This document shows, piece by piece, positions 21,561 to 31,418 of a stretch of DNA of 64,000 bases (position 1 is the first letter of the stretch; every line of letters starts with the position of its first letter). Position numbers and translations under genes: made by a program. Source of the DNA: Patescibacteria group bacterium. GTDB taxonomy: Bacteria > Patescibacteriota > Microgenomatia > Levybacterales > UBA12049. The notes under the pieces were generated by a model. The model worked only from the letters and a program-made list of their open reading frames with translations, had not been told where the DNA came from and did no database searches. The stretch spans positions 175,664 through 239,663 of the forward strand of contig DASYZL010000006.1 in the NCBI GenBank assembly GCA_035946335.1, in the 5' to 3' direction.

Positions 21561-22616
21561 CTAGAAGTATGAGTATCCCCATTGCGCTACTGAACTGATT
21601 CCGTTTTTGAGGAGCAATTTTTCTTTCTGCGCACGTATTACTTCATCATCAAACCATACTTCATGCTGTTTCCCTGCTGCGTCTGTATAGCGAATCTGAA
21701 TTCCTGTCATTGTTTTTGCTACTGAACAGCCCTGAAAAGCACAATGTGAAAGAAATAATTGCTGTATTTCGTTGTCTGTGTACGTTACTGCCTGGGCTGT
21801 GCTCTTGCCGAGATGATCTACGGGCCAGTCATATCCGAACCTTCCGAAAATGACGGTAATTTTCCCTGCCGGGACCCTCCGGGAAAAATCCTGGATCATT
21901 TGATTAAATGTGTAGTCAATGCTACTAACCAAAGGGAATGCTGGTCCTGGATCACCATTTGCTTTGTGTAAATCATATGCAAGGACATAGATACCGTCAG
22001 TGGTTTTCCCGATTGTTCCGACATCATATGGGCGAAGGCGGTAAAACGTGTCACCATACAATGCCTCATAGTATAAAAGGTGTGCACTATGTGTTTGTAA
22101 TGCAAAGTTTTTGATAAACGACGATACTGTCGCGACAACATCCGGAAATGCAAGCGCGTTATATTCAAAGTCAACAACAATACCGGTGAAACCGTTCGCT
22201 TGTGCTGTTTGTATTGCTTGAGATATTATTGTCTGTTGTAATGCACGCTTATGCAATAATGTCTCGTTTATGTCTTGCGTCAGTAATCGCACTGTCAAAA
22301 GCTTCGTTGCTCCCGTAGGAACGGTATGCAGAAACACATGAAGATTCTTGTACCCATCTTCTGTGATATCGATACCATTAACAGTAGCGGTGATGCCAAA
22401 GTAGATAATTGGATTATACTGATTTGGCAAGGTTTTTCCATTAAGTGTCCAATAAGGAACAAAAAGACCTGATGGTTGTAAGGCAGTAAGAGGAGCAGGA
22501 GAAGGAAGCAGAGTTACGTGTATTTTTTCAGGAATTTTTTTGCTATGCGACAGTGGCTGATGATAGCCAAAGAAAGTTGTTGTGCCAAGTAAGAACAGGA
22601 CAAGCAGTTGTTTCAT
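21561..22616 (-). CDS. Secreted glycoside hydrolase family 18-like protein
   Basis: Signal peptide, GFTGIVVDFEY, LAYDLH, GYDW, EVWFDD. Confidence 0.75.
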   Translation of the reverse strand: MKQLLVLFLLGTTTFFGYHQPLSHSKKIPEKIHVTLLPSPAPLTALQPSGLFVPYWTLNGKTLPNQYNPIIYFGITATVNGIDITEDGYKNLHVFLHTVPTGATKLLTVRLLTQDINETLLHKRALQQTIISQAIQTAQANGFTGIVVDFEYNALAFPDVVATVSSFIKNFALQTHSAHLLYYEALYGDTFYRLRPYDVGTIGKTTDGIYVLAYDLHKANGDPGPAFPLVSSIDYTFNQMIQDFSRRVPAGKITVIFGRFGYDWPVDHLGKSTAQAVTYTDNEIQQLFLSHCAFQGCSVAKTMTGIQIRYTDAAGKQHEVWFDDEVIRAQKEKLLLKNGISSVAQWGYSYF

Positions 22617-22765
22617 GTCTGCATACTATACTCTTCCAATATTCTCCGAAATTTTCTTCTTTTGCATATCTGCTAACTCCTGTGAAGTACAATACTCCAG
22701 GTAATCCCACTATACCATATTTCTCTTCTAACAGAATCGTATTCCCAATGGTATACTATCACACG

Positions 22766-24547
22766 ATGGACCAGGTCACTGAAGTCAGACAAAAAACAGA
22801 TATCGTACAACTTATTCAGGAGTATCTTCCGTTAAAGAAAGCAGGTCATAATTTCAAAGCAAACTGTCCGTTTCACGAAGAAAAATCACCCTCTTTTATT
22901 GTCTCGCCGCAGCGGCAAATATGGCATTGTTTTGGTGGTTGTGGAAAAGGAGGAGACGTATTCTCTTTTCTTATGGAATATGAACATATTGAATTTCCTG
23001 AAGCATTACGAATACTTGCTGATAAAGCAGGCGTAAAACTTATTCAAAAAAACTTTGATAGTTCCTCTTCTTCAAAAAAAGAAATGCTGTATGGTATTAA
23101 CCGTTTAGCTGCTGAGTTTTATCATTATCTATTAACCAAACATACGCTGGGGAAAAACGCACTGCAATACGCTACGGAAAAACGACATATCAAACCGCAA
23201 ACGCTACGAACATTTCTTATCGGGTATGCACCAACTGGTAGCGCACTAACAACATACTTAATAAAGAAGAAAGGATATACATCGCAAGACCTGCTTGACG
23301 CAGGACTTGCATATAAACGCGGAAATCTTCTATTTGATTTTTTCCAGGACAGGTTACTGTTTGCTCTTTATGACCACCGGGGTAATATTGTCGGTTTTTC
23401 CGGTCGCATATTACAGAATACCGATAAAACTTCTAAATATATAAACACCAGAGAAACGCTTATATACCACAAGGGCATGACATTTTTCGGCTTCAATACA
23501 GCAAAAGAAACAATCAAGAAAGAAAATCTGGCAATTCTTATGGAAGGAGAGCTTGATGTCATCTCATCTTTTCAGGAAGGTATTACAAATGTTGTCGCTG
23601 TTAAGGGAACTGCGCTTACTGAAGATCAAGTTATCTTGCTGTCACGATTCTGCTCTAAAGTAGCGTTATGCTTTGATATGGATGCGCCGGGACAGGAGGC
23701 GTTGAAACGAAGCCTTGCCCACCTAGAAAAAAAGAATATGGCAACCTTAGTTATTGTTTTAACAGGGGGCAAAGATGCAGACGAAGTCATTCAGCAAGAT
23801 GCAATAATATTTAAGAAAGCAATCAAGCACCCGGTACATGTGTATGATTATTTACTGGATCAGATAGCGAATAAATATAGTATTTCAACTGCGGTAGGTA
23901 AACAGCAGATCGGTGATGAACTCCTGCCGCTTTTTGGACAAATCAATAATGAAATTATCAAAGAACATTATATCCAAAAGCTTTCCAGCGTACTACATGT
24001 ATCACATGACGCATTGGAGAGAGAATTGGCAAAACGACAGAAAGAGACTGTTGCTAAACAACAACTGAAACTCCTTACAAAACCTGCTTCCAAAAGCCGC
24101 GAAGAAATGCTGGAAACATATTTTCTTGCTCTGCTTGTACAATTCCCACAACCGAAAATACTTATAGAAAAAACACTACCTCTTCTTTCATCGTATCAAT
24201 GGCATAATGTCTCACTGGGAAAAGTATTCCATTTTTTATCGCTTTATTCCTCGGCACATACCGCTTTTAACCATGAAGATTTCACATCTTCCCTTGCGCA
24301 GGAACTTCTTCCTGCATTCGATATTTCATACCTATTGCCAATCCCCATTCTTAACGATGACACGTTACAAAAAGAAACGCTACGCGTTGCGATTGAACTC
24401 CAGCACCAATTCCTCAAAGGAAAAGTAAAACAGCTGAGTGAACTCATCCAGCAGAAAGAACAAGAAGGAAATATGGAAGAAATTGAAAAAATGCAAAAAG
24501 AATTTAATGAATTAATAGAGCAAATGCATAGAAAAGACGACAAATAG
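22766..24547 (+). CDS. dnaG: DNA primase
   Basis: CPFHEEKSPSF..WHCFGGC zinc finger, KYINT.ET, EGELDV and FDMD TOPRIM; start set at MDQVT. Confidence 0.97.
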   Translation: MDQVTEVRQKTDIVQLIQEYLPLKKAGHNFKANCPFHEEKSPSFIVSPQRQIWHCFGGCGKGGDVFSFLMEYEHIEFPEALRILADKAGVKLIQKNFDSSSSSKKEMLYGINRLAAEFYHYLLTKHTLGKNALQYATEKRHIKPQTLRTFLIGYAPTGSALTTYLIKKKGYTSQDLLDAGLAYKRGNLLFDFFQDRLLFALYDHRGNIVGFSGRILQNTDKTSKYINTRETLIYHKGMTFFGFNTAKETIKKENLAILMEGELDVISSFQEGITNVVAVKGTALTEDQVILLSRFCSKVALCFDMDAPGQEALKRSLAHLEKKNMATLVIVLTGGKDADEVIQQDAIIFKKAIKHPVHVYDYLLDQIANKYSISTAVGKQQIGDELLPLFGQINNEIIKEHYIQKLSSVLHVSHDALERELAKRQKETVAKQQLKLLTKPASKSREEMLETYFLALLVQFPQPKILIEKTLPLLSSYQWHNVSLGKVFHFLSLYSSAHTAFNHEDFTSSLAQELLPAFDISYLLPIPILNDDTLQKETLRVAIELQHQFLKGKVKQLSELIQQKEQEGNMEEIEKMQKEFNELIEQMHRKDDK

Positions 24548-24691
24548 TGTGCAGATGCAAAAAACAATTTTTACAAAAATATTCATGTATTTTCAGATTC
24601 GCGTACAACAACCATGCCAAAAGATTTCTTAATGCTCAATAATTCATTTTTTTAGCTTCCAATTCGCTTCGTTTTCTGCTATACTAGATAT

Positions 24692-25774
24692 ATGAAATCC
24701 CAACAAAATACCTTGCTTTCCGATATCACCGCGTCTGCAAAAAAGCGCGGATACATTACTCAAGATGAAATTCTTGGCATTTTTTCCCGTCCCGAAGAAC
24801 ACATCAAGGAACTGGACAGCTTATATGACAAACTCATGAAAATGAACATCGATGTGTTTGAAAACATTGATGAAGAAAAAGATCAGGCAAAACCCATCGA
24901 GGACCTGGAAAAAGAACTGGAAGCATTGACTGTTTTGACAGAAGGAACGGTTTCAGATCCGGTAAGGATGTACTTAAAAGAAATCGGACGTATCCCCCTT
25001 TTAACATTTGCTCAGGAAATTGATTTAGCAAAACGTGTTGAAAAAGGTGAAAAAGCAGCAAAACAAAAATTAATAACATCTAACCTTCGACTTGTCGTGT
25101 CGATTGCAAAAAAATATGTCGGACGCGGACTGACACTATTGGATTTAATTCAGGAAGGTAATCAGGGACTTATCCGCGCCGTTGAAAAATATGATTGGCG
25201 ACGGGGCTACAAATTTTCAACTTATGCAACCTGGTGGATTCGCCAAAGTATCACCCGAGCGATTGCAGATCAAGCAAGGACGATTCGTATTCCTGTACAC
25301 ATGGTAGAAAATATTAACCGATTTTTGCGGGCAAGTCGAAAACTCATGCAGGAATTGGGCCGCGAACCAACACCTGAAGAAGTGGCAAAAGTGCTAGGAA
25401 TCGATGAAGAAAAAGCACTTGAGATTATTAAAATTTCTCAAGAGCCTGCAAGTCTTGAGTCACCGGTTGGCGATGAGGAAGATTCACGACTTGGTGACTT
25501 CATCTCAGATGTCCAGGCACCAACATTGTTTGACGCTGCAAGTAAAGAATTGCTGAAAGAACAGGTAGATCAAGTGTTGCAATCATTGTCTGACCGGGAG
25601 CGACGGGTTTTGGAAGAACGTTTTGGCCTAAAAGACGGGAGACCAAAGACACTGGAGGAGGTAGGAAAAATGTTTGCTGTTACTCGAGAACGTATTAGGC
25701 AGATTGAAGCAAAGGCACTTCGAAAACTTCGTCATCCCAGCCGGGGTAATAAATTGCGTGACTATCTCAGTTAA
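24692..25774 (+). CDS. rpoD: RNA polymerase primary sigma factor
   Basis: [49 protein letters not shown]; follows dnaG. Confidence 0.98.
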   Translation: MKSQQNTLLSDITASAKKRGYITQDEILGIFSRPEEHIKELDSLYDKLMKMNIDVFENIDEEKDQAKPIEDLEKELEALTVLTEGTVSDPVRMYLKEIGRIPLLTFAQEIDLAKRVEKGEKAAKQKLITSNLRLVVSIAKKYVGRGLTLLDLIQEGNQGLIRAVEKYDWRRGYKFSTYATWWIRQSITRAIADQARTIRIPVHMVENINRFLRASRKLMQELGREPTPEEVAKVLGIDEEKALEIIKISQEPASLESPVGDEEDSRLGDFISDVQAPTLFDAASKELLKEQVDQVLQSLSDRERRVLEERFGLKDGRPKTLEEVGKMFAVTRERIRQIEAKALRKLRHPSRGNKLRDYLS

Positions 25775-25916
25775 ACTGTAACCAAAGCAAACCCCACAAT
25801 TTCACTTTCTTTCTATAGAAAATCATCACGATAGATATGTACGAATGAAAACTGTGACACGAATCATATATAGCTTCTGGATTTCTCAAGGTGTTGATGC
25901 TAAAATAGTCACATAA

Positions 25917-26206
25917 TCCGCGATAGCTCAATGGTAGAGCAGGAAGCTGTAAAAGTGCAGCTTCCAGAAGTAATTCTGGATGAAACATGGGGTGAATTCA
26001 GGGAAGCCAATACGGTAATCCTGAGCCAAATTTGGTGAATGGTATAAGAGTAACCAAAAAGGTGCAGAGACTAGAAGTGAGGAACCAATCCAATACGCTT
26101 CACAGCGCCCCACATCCTAAAAAGGATGATGATATAGTCCATGCTTTTTGGAAACAAAAAGGTTTGTGTAACTTCAAGGTTCTAGGTTCGAATCCTAGTC
26201 GCGGAG
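25917..26206 (+). tRNA. tRNA-Asn(GUU), exons 25917-25950 and 26169-26206
   Basis: Spliced product TCCGCGA-TA-GCTC AATGGTA GAGC-A-GGAAG CTGTTAA CTTCA-AGGTT-CTAGG TTCGAAT CCTAG-TCGCGGA-G folds as a cloverleaf with anticodon GTT; CCA not encoded. Confidence 0.92.
25951..26168 (+). ncRNA. Group I intron (IC3-like, 218 nt, no ORF) in the tRNA anticodon
   Basis: P1: exon GGAAGCTGT pairs with intron GCAGCTTCC with a U.G at the splice site; core motifs AATCCTGAGCC, GTGCAGAGACT, GATATAGTCC; terminal G at 26168. Confidence 0.92.
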
Positions 26207-27686
26207 CAAAAAATCTCTTATTATAACCGCATGATTCTCTTGTAATACTGAGAAAATCGGAGTATAGACAATTTTAACAATCTTCTTATCTTGCACAATT
26301 AGCTTCTCAAAGAAGAACCGTAGGTAATGGCGTTTAAGGAATTTGGGAGCTTGTAAATATGTAGTATGGATATTTCTGGTAAATGCTAAAACCTCCTCGA
26401 TTAAGTTTACGTCCATATTTGCGCTATTTTCTATCTCCTGAATAAGATTGTTTAAGTTGGTAATCTTATCATTAACTTCTGTGTGCTTGCGTTGGTAGGC
26501 TTCTCTGTCTATTGTGCCGTCAATAACAGCATCTTCAAGTTTATTTCTTTTGATTTCTAATACTGTTTTTTGGTTAATAATACCTTGCTTTTGTGCATCA
26601 ATGGTCCTTCTGTTTTCTGCTACGACATCCTTTGCTTTCTGAACAACTATGTCTATAAATTCTGGGGTAAACTGCATTTTCTCTATTTCTTTTTCAACCT
26701 GTTTTTCCAATGCGTCTGCTTCAACGTAGAGGGCAGGACAGCCGTTTCTATCTCTCTTTTGGCAGTGGTAGTAGTGGATAATGCCTTTTCTCTCAAGAGA
26801 GTTAATCTTGTGCTTATCTGCGGTATATCTTTGACCGCAGTTGGAACAATACATAAACCCTCGCAAAAGGTAGTCATGGGTTCTTTTCCTGACAAGGAAA
26901 TCCCTATGTTTCGCTAAAACATACTGGCAGGTATCGAACAAATCCTTTGTAATAATTGGTGCGTGTTTGCCAATTCTAGACTCTCCATGCCAACGTATTA
27001 TGCCGTAGTAAAAGGGATTTTTGAGAATATTATTTATCACGCTATGTCCAATTATCGTACCAGTTCTTGAGAGTATATTTTTATCAGAAAGCCAATCTTG
27101 CAGTTCGAGAATACTGTGATTGCCAGTAGAATAAATCTCAAACATTTGTTTTATAACTGGTGCTACGTACGGGTCTGGTTCGCATGTTTTCTTTTGGTCT
27201 TCCTCTCCGACACTTCGATAGCCGATATATAAGGGGGACGGTTGCCATCCCTCTCTAAACTTTTGCGCTAAAGCATCTCTTGTTCGTTGTCCGTTTACTT
27301 CGGACTCCCATTCAGCGATAGAAGCCATTAGATTGCCAATTAGTCCGTCAGAAACATCACCTTCCTGAACAGACAGTAGTTTAATTGCCATAATTTCTCA
27401 TCTCCTTTCGTATATTCGCAAAATCTCCAACATTCCTGAACAATCTATCTAATTTGTAAAAAATGAGTGCATCAACTGGGTCTTTCTTGAGAAGCGTGAA
27501 CATTTCCTGAAATGCAGGTCTATCAGTTGTTCTTGCGCTTTTTCCGTCATCAGAAAAAATTCTTTTGATTTCATAGCCGTGCATTTTCGCATAATCAACA
27601 CAAGCTCTTTTTTGGTTATCAATAGAGAATCCCTCTTTAGCCTGTTCTTCTGTGCTTACTCTTATATAAATGTAACAAGTTTTCAT
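26195..27686 (-). pseudogene. Large serine recombinase (integrase) split by a +1 frameshift near 27385 into ORFs 27381-27686 and 26195-27391
   Basis: YIRVSTEEQ catalytic Ser, DRPAFQEM, KLDRLFRN; then recombinase domain (GY, ILKNPFYYG, H.PIIT), CSNCG..YYHC..C zinc ribbon, coiled coil; removing one A gives continuous ...NYGIKLLSV... Confidence 0.88.
26203..26210 (+). repeat. Left att core GGAGCAAA
   Basis: Overlaps tRNA acceptor/discriminator and last codons of the recombinase. Confidence 0.7.
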
Positions 27687-27910
27687 ATATTTTCTCCTAA
27701 ATTTTGAAAAGTAATTTTTTTGTATCTCATACTATACTTTCTAGCGATACATTCGCCAGCTTTATTAAGTCTCTCAAGCATTGGTTCAACACGTTTTTTC
27801 GCTTCTTCATACGTTATTGCCTTATGCCTCATGGCAAAATGTAATCCTCTTGCTTCGGCAAGAATTTCTGTTAATTCTTTATCAAGTTTTTTGTTATTAT
27901 CCAGCCTCAT
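27683..27910 (-). CDS. Small basic protein, stop overlapping the recombinase start
   Basis: 75-aa ORF with ATGA overlap at 27683-27686. Confidence 0.7.
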   Translation of the reverse strand: MRLDNNKKLDKELTEILAEARGLHFAMRHKAITYEEAKKRVEPMLERLNKAGECIARKYSMRYKKITFQNLGENI

Positions 27911-28033
27911 AATATTATTAGATAATATTATGGACTTTGGACTGCCGAATCAAGGCATTTTTCTACTTTTCTCTCTTAATCTTTTCATTTTTACCTCCTT
28001 ATGCTTCTGCAATCGAGAGGCAAAGTCAAAAGA

Positions 28034-28294
28034 CTATGATTCCAATTTTTGTAACTCTAGCTCAAATTTTTCACTCTCGACCCATTCGCATAGGATTTCC
28101 ATAGACCTGGAATGCAAAGTTGTTACAAGTTCATAAACCAAGCCAGCAAATTTTTTCTTACTTTCCATTGAATATTCTGTAATGTCATACTTTTCAAGTA
28201 TAGCTATTGCTAATGTTATGCTCTTGGTTGCTCTTTCCATTTCTTCCTCATCTATCATTTCTATTTGTTCTTTTTTATTAAGTCTCGATTTCAT
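28034..28294 (-). CDS. Small hypothetical protein
   Basis: AGGAGGTGAA Shine-Dalgarno before ATG 28294. Confidence 0.7.
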   Translation of the reverse strand: MKSRLNKKEQIEMIDEEEMERATKSITLAIAILEKYDITEYSMESKKKFAGLVYELVTTLHSRSMEILCEWVESEKFELELQKLES

Positions 28295-28380
28295 AATTTT
28301 CACCTCCTGTCTTTTTCTTTTATTTTTTAACTTCTTATTGAAGCTAATCTGGGAGGATTAGCTTTATATAAAAAGATAAA

Positions 28381-28584
28381 CTAGTCATTATCAAAAGCAT
28401 ACGGTGCAATTCTGTTTTCATATTCTTCCTTTATTTGCTTATCCGTATAATTAAATTCTTCCCAACCTTTCCAACCAGTTCTTGCTATCTCCTCAATCGT
28501 TATATCGTCATTTTTGAACATCTCGACATCAGCTTCCACTAATGCGTCTATCATTTCATCTGTTGTAAGTTTCTTCTTTTTCAT
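28381..28584 (-). CDS. Small acidic hypothetical protein
   Basis: AAGGGGGTGAA SD; ATGA overlap with upstream ORF. Confidence 0.7.
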   Translation of the reverse strand: MKKKKLTTDEMIDALVEADVEMFKNDDITIEEIARTGWKGWEEFNYTDKQIKEEYENRIAPYAFDND

Positions 28585-28745
28585 ATATTTTCACCCCCTT
28601 TAGGCCCTTCAGATTTAATTTCATTATCATCAATTTTCTTTTGTTCTTTTTGGCTCCTGATGTGGGCAAAAACAATCTTCACCCAAAATTCAGCAATTCC
28701 GTCCAGAGATGTATCTATTGTTTGTAATTTTTCTTGTTGCTCCAT
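28581..28745 (-). CDS. Unlisted 54-aa hypothetical protein (MEQQEKLQTIDTSLDGIAEFWVKIVF...)
   Basis: GAAAGGA SD, read by hand; stop overlaps next ATG. Confidence 0.65.
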   Translation of the reverse strand: MEQQEKLQTIDTSLDGIAEFWVKIVFAHIRSQKEQKKIDDNEIKSEGPKGGENI

Positions 28746-28773
28746 AGTATTTATCCTTTCCGCAAAATATCCT

Positions 28774-28998
28774 TTATTTTTTGTTTACTTTCACGTAAAG
28801 AGCAAACAGTTTTCGTAGCAAGCCAGCATCTTTACTAAATTCCAGACGTGGTTTTCCTTTAGAGTTTGTGCGTATATACCCATGGGGCATAGAGTGGATA
28901 TACTCCCTTATCAATCTTGATTGGTCAAAGACAGTAAGTTTTTCTGTTTGGTTTTCGGTAGATTTTCGTATGTAAAGGGCGTATTGAGTTTTATTCAT
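28774..28998 (-). CDS. 74-aa miniature serine-recombinase-like protein
   Basis: AAAGGAGG SD; YALYIRKSTE..., PHGY, DAGLLRKLFALY motifs. Confidence 0.6.
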   Translation of the reverse strand: MNKTQYALYIRKSTENQTEKLTVFDQSRLIREYIHSMPHGYIRTNSKGKPRLEFSKDAGLLRKLFALYVKVNKK

Positions 28999-29263
28999 GG
29001 TTCTTGCCTCCTTTACTTGAACGGCTACTTTTGTTTTTAATTTCTCCAAGAAGCATGTCTCTTTTTGAAAAGAGTTCTCTTGCAGGAGCGGAAGCGTTGT
29101 TGAGGTATTGGTGTCGCAATTCCTCGCACCTTTCAGGGTTCGAGAGAATGAAGGAAAAGTGATGAAAGTTATCTTCCCGTATGTCGATAAGCTTTATATC
29201 TTTTTGCGTCAGCAAAAAAGCACAAAGAGTTATAGATTCTAAAGTATATGTATTTATTTCCAT
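28991..29263 (-). CDS. DUF5659-like small protein
   Basis: Y....I.LCAFL.....L..I......F.F pattern recalled from mobile-element DUF5659 proteins. Confidence 0.55.
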   Translation of the reverse strand: MEINTYTLESITLCAFLLTQKDIKLIDIREDNFHHFSFILSNPERCEELRHQYLNNASAPARELFSKRDMLLGEIKNKSSRSSKGGKNHE

Positions 29264-29368
29264 ATTGATTTCTATTGCCGTCAAAAGTAAGACAAGCTAG
29301 TAAAAAGGTTATACAATAAATTGAAAAAACTTGCCGTTTAATTAAATGGGGGATTTTTTTTAATGTTT

Positions 29369-30277
29369 CTATGCGTCAGCTATAAGGAGGTCTTTTTTGA
29401 AATTGCTGACTATGGTTCTCACATCGGAATCCGAGAGTTCATATATTTCTTTATCCTTTCTTGTGCTAATAATTTCTACAACTTTATCTTCATGAGATAG
29501 AGATGGAAGTTCTGCGAAATAATCTTCGTTTTCCTTTCTAAAATTTTCCAGTACTTCAGGGTCAGGTGCATTACTTAAAATATTGGCAATTTGCCGAGCG
29601 TTATAGCCTAAAGCATCAAATAAAAACACCTCAACCTCTCTTGTAAATGTTTTAACATTTCTTACTCTATCAATGGGATAGTCATCCAAATATTTTTGGA
29701 TGCCTATAATAGTTTTTTCATTCTTTCTGTAAAATTCTTCAATTCCTGTTGGGGTAGTATCCTTATATATCTGAATATATGCGAAGATTTTGTTATCTTT
29801 TTTTGTTTGGTTTATTCTTCCTCCACCCTGAATTACGATTCGTGCTTTATGCTTAAACTCCTCTTTGGCGACTATTTCCCTTGAATTGATACTTTCTATA
29901 TCTATACATGAGAAGTACAAATAGTCTAGTAAAAACATTCCATAGCTGAGCGGGTCGAGGTCAAACTCAGCGGATAATTCAATTATTAACTTATGAGATG
30001 GTTCTTTCGGAACATCTGGGATTCTTGCGTCTACCCAGTCCTCCCATGTTCCATCTGCTCCTACGTCATCTCTTAATTTCCCGTACCAATCTTGAGGGAT
30101 TTTGAGTTGTTCCCTCAGTTCTTTTATTCTATTTCGGAATCTTGTGTTGAATAAAAGCGGCAAAAGAGCTACATAAAATTCCTGGTCGCTATATGTTATT
30201 TCAGGGCCTATAAACGGTACAATATATAACAAGTCAAGAATATTTTGTCTTAATTCCTTATCTATTTGCTTTTTCAT
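29369..30277 (-). CDS. Hypothetical protein, possible element regulator (C-terminal HTH-like segment)
   Basis: 302-aa ORF; LGYNARQIANIL...SDSDVRTIVSNF. Confidence 0.6.
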   Translation of the reverse strand: MKKQIDKELRQNILDLLYIVPFIGPEITYSDQEFYVALLPLLFNTRFRNRIKELREQLKIPQDWYGKLRDDVGADGTWEDWVDARIPDVPKEPSHKLIIELSAEFDLDPLSYGMFLLDYLYFSCIDIESINSREIVAKEEFKHKARIVIQGGGRINQTKKDNKIFAYIQIYKDTTPTGIEEFYRKNEKTIIGIQKYLDDYPIDRVRNVKTFTREVEVFLFDALGYNARQIANILSNAPDPEVLENFRKENEDYFAELPSLSHEDKVVEIISTRKDKEIYELSDSDVRTIVSNFKKDLLIADA

Positions 30278-30467
30278 TTTTTATTTCAATCTGAATCTCT
30301 ATTTATGGTTTGTTTGATTTTAGCACAACCATTATTATGAAGTAAGTTGAGCTATGGCGACTCCGTATAGGAACAACCGCCAGAAACTCCAAGGTTTTAT
30401 GCTCCCATACATCAAAGCTCCACAGATTTTTGAACATCAAAGTTACTTTTTGATATATAATTTACTG

Positions 30468-30779
30468 GTGGGCTTTGTATTTATAACAATTTTGACTGCT
30501 ATAGTAACATTTACTTGGGTACTTTTAACAAAGAAACAATGGAGAAAAAAGAGTAACCATACAAACTTTAGGAATTATCATATTCATCATAGCGTAGTTG
30601 GTCTTTTGCTCATAGTGATAGGATTTTTCTTTGCACCTTTTTATGGGACAGTTATCTCTGCCGTTGGTTTTGGTCTGTTTGTTTCTCATGGTGTTGAGGA
30701 GCTGTATTTTAACCATGAAAAAATTACTAAAGCATTTTTTATTTTCATAACGAAAGGCAAAGAAAACGATAATATATGA
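30468..30779 (+). CDS. Small membrane protein
   Basis: Three hydrophobic helices with YHIHHS..G motif; in-frame GTG 6 nt after TATAAT chosen as start (ORF open from 30354). Confidence 0.6.
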   Translation: MGFVFITILTAIVTFTWVLLTKKQWRKKSNHTNFRNYHIHHSVVGLLLIVIGFFFAPFYGTVISAVGFGLFVSHGVEELYFNHEKITKAFFIFITKGKENDNI

Positions 30780-31417
30780 AAAATTATAAACACGCACCAG
30801 CGCTTATTAACTCATGGCTCACTTCTTTCTATGACCCCGTTATGAATATGTTTGGCGTCGGCACGCTGTTTCAGAAGAAAACATTAGATATTGTAACATT
30901 ACAAGAGGGACAAAAACTTCTCGATATTGGTTGTGGGACAGGAACGCTTGTAATGCTTGTTAAAACGAAACATCCGAAAGCGAAAGTAACAGGATTAGAC
31001 CCTGACCAGCATGTGCTAGCGATTGCAAAGAGAAAAGCAGAAAGAAGTAATCATGCGATTGATTTTATTCAAGCAGGAGCAGAGAAACTTCCATTTGCCT
31101 CAAGTTCATTTGATATTATTACCAGTTCATTAGCATTTCACCATTTACCAACAACAATAAAGAAACAAGCATTGGGAGAAATTTACAGAGTATTAAAACC
31201 AACAGGGCAGTTTCTTCTTGTAGATATTGGGAAACCAAAAAATTTGCTTTGGAAAATACTTCTTGCGATTGAAAGTATTGTTGAACCAAAGGAATATATC
31301 AAAGATAATCTTGAAGGAAAGCTCCCTGCATTTATGATAGAAGCGGGGTTTGCGCTAAAAGAAGTTCGTAAACCTTATTTGAGTATTCAGTTTCTAATGG
31401 GAACAAAAAAGAGTTAA
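30776..31417 (+). CDS. Class I SAM-dependent methyltransferase (UbiE-like)
   Basis: LLDIGCGTG, AEKLPF..SFD, EIYRVLKP.G. Confidence 0.9.
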   Translation: MKNYKHAPALINSWLTSFYDPVMNMFGVGTLFQKKTLDIVTLQEGQKLLDIGCGTGTLVMLVKTKHPKAKVTGLDPDQHVLAIAKRKAERSNHAIDFIQAGAEKLPFASSSFDIITSSLAFHHLPTTIKKQALGEIYRVLKPTGQFLLVDIGKPKNLLWKILLAIESIVEPKEYIKDNLEGKLPAFMIEAGFALKEVRKPYLSIQFLMGTKKS

Positions 31418-31418
31418 T

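Noticed and set aside
25928-26226. ORFs overlapping the tRNA intron as a possible homing endonuclease
   Set aside because: Only 61-64 aa, cross exon boundaries, no LAGLIDADG/HNH/GIY-YIG motif; the intron is nearly all ribozyme core
27950-27952. In-frame TGA suggesting UGA recoding (genetic code 25)
   Set aside because: Long core genes translate intact under code 11 and uppP, sodX and others end in TGA
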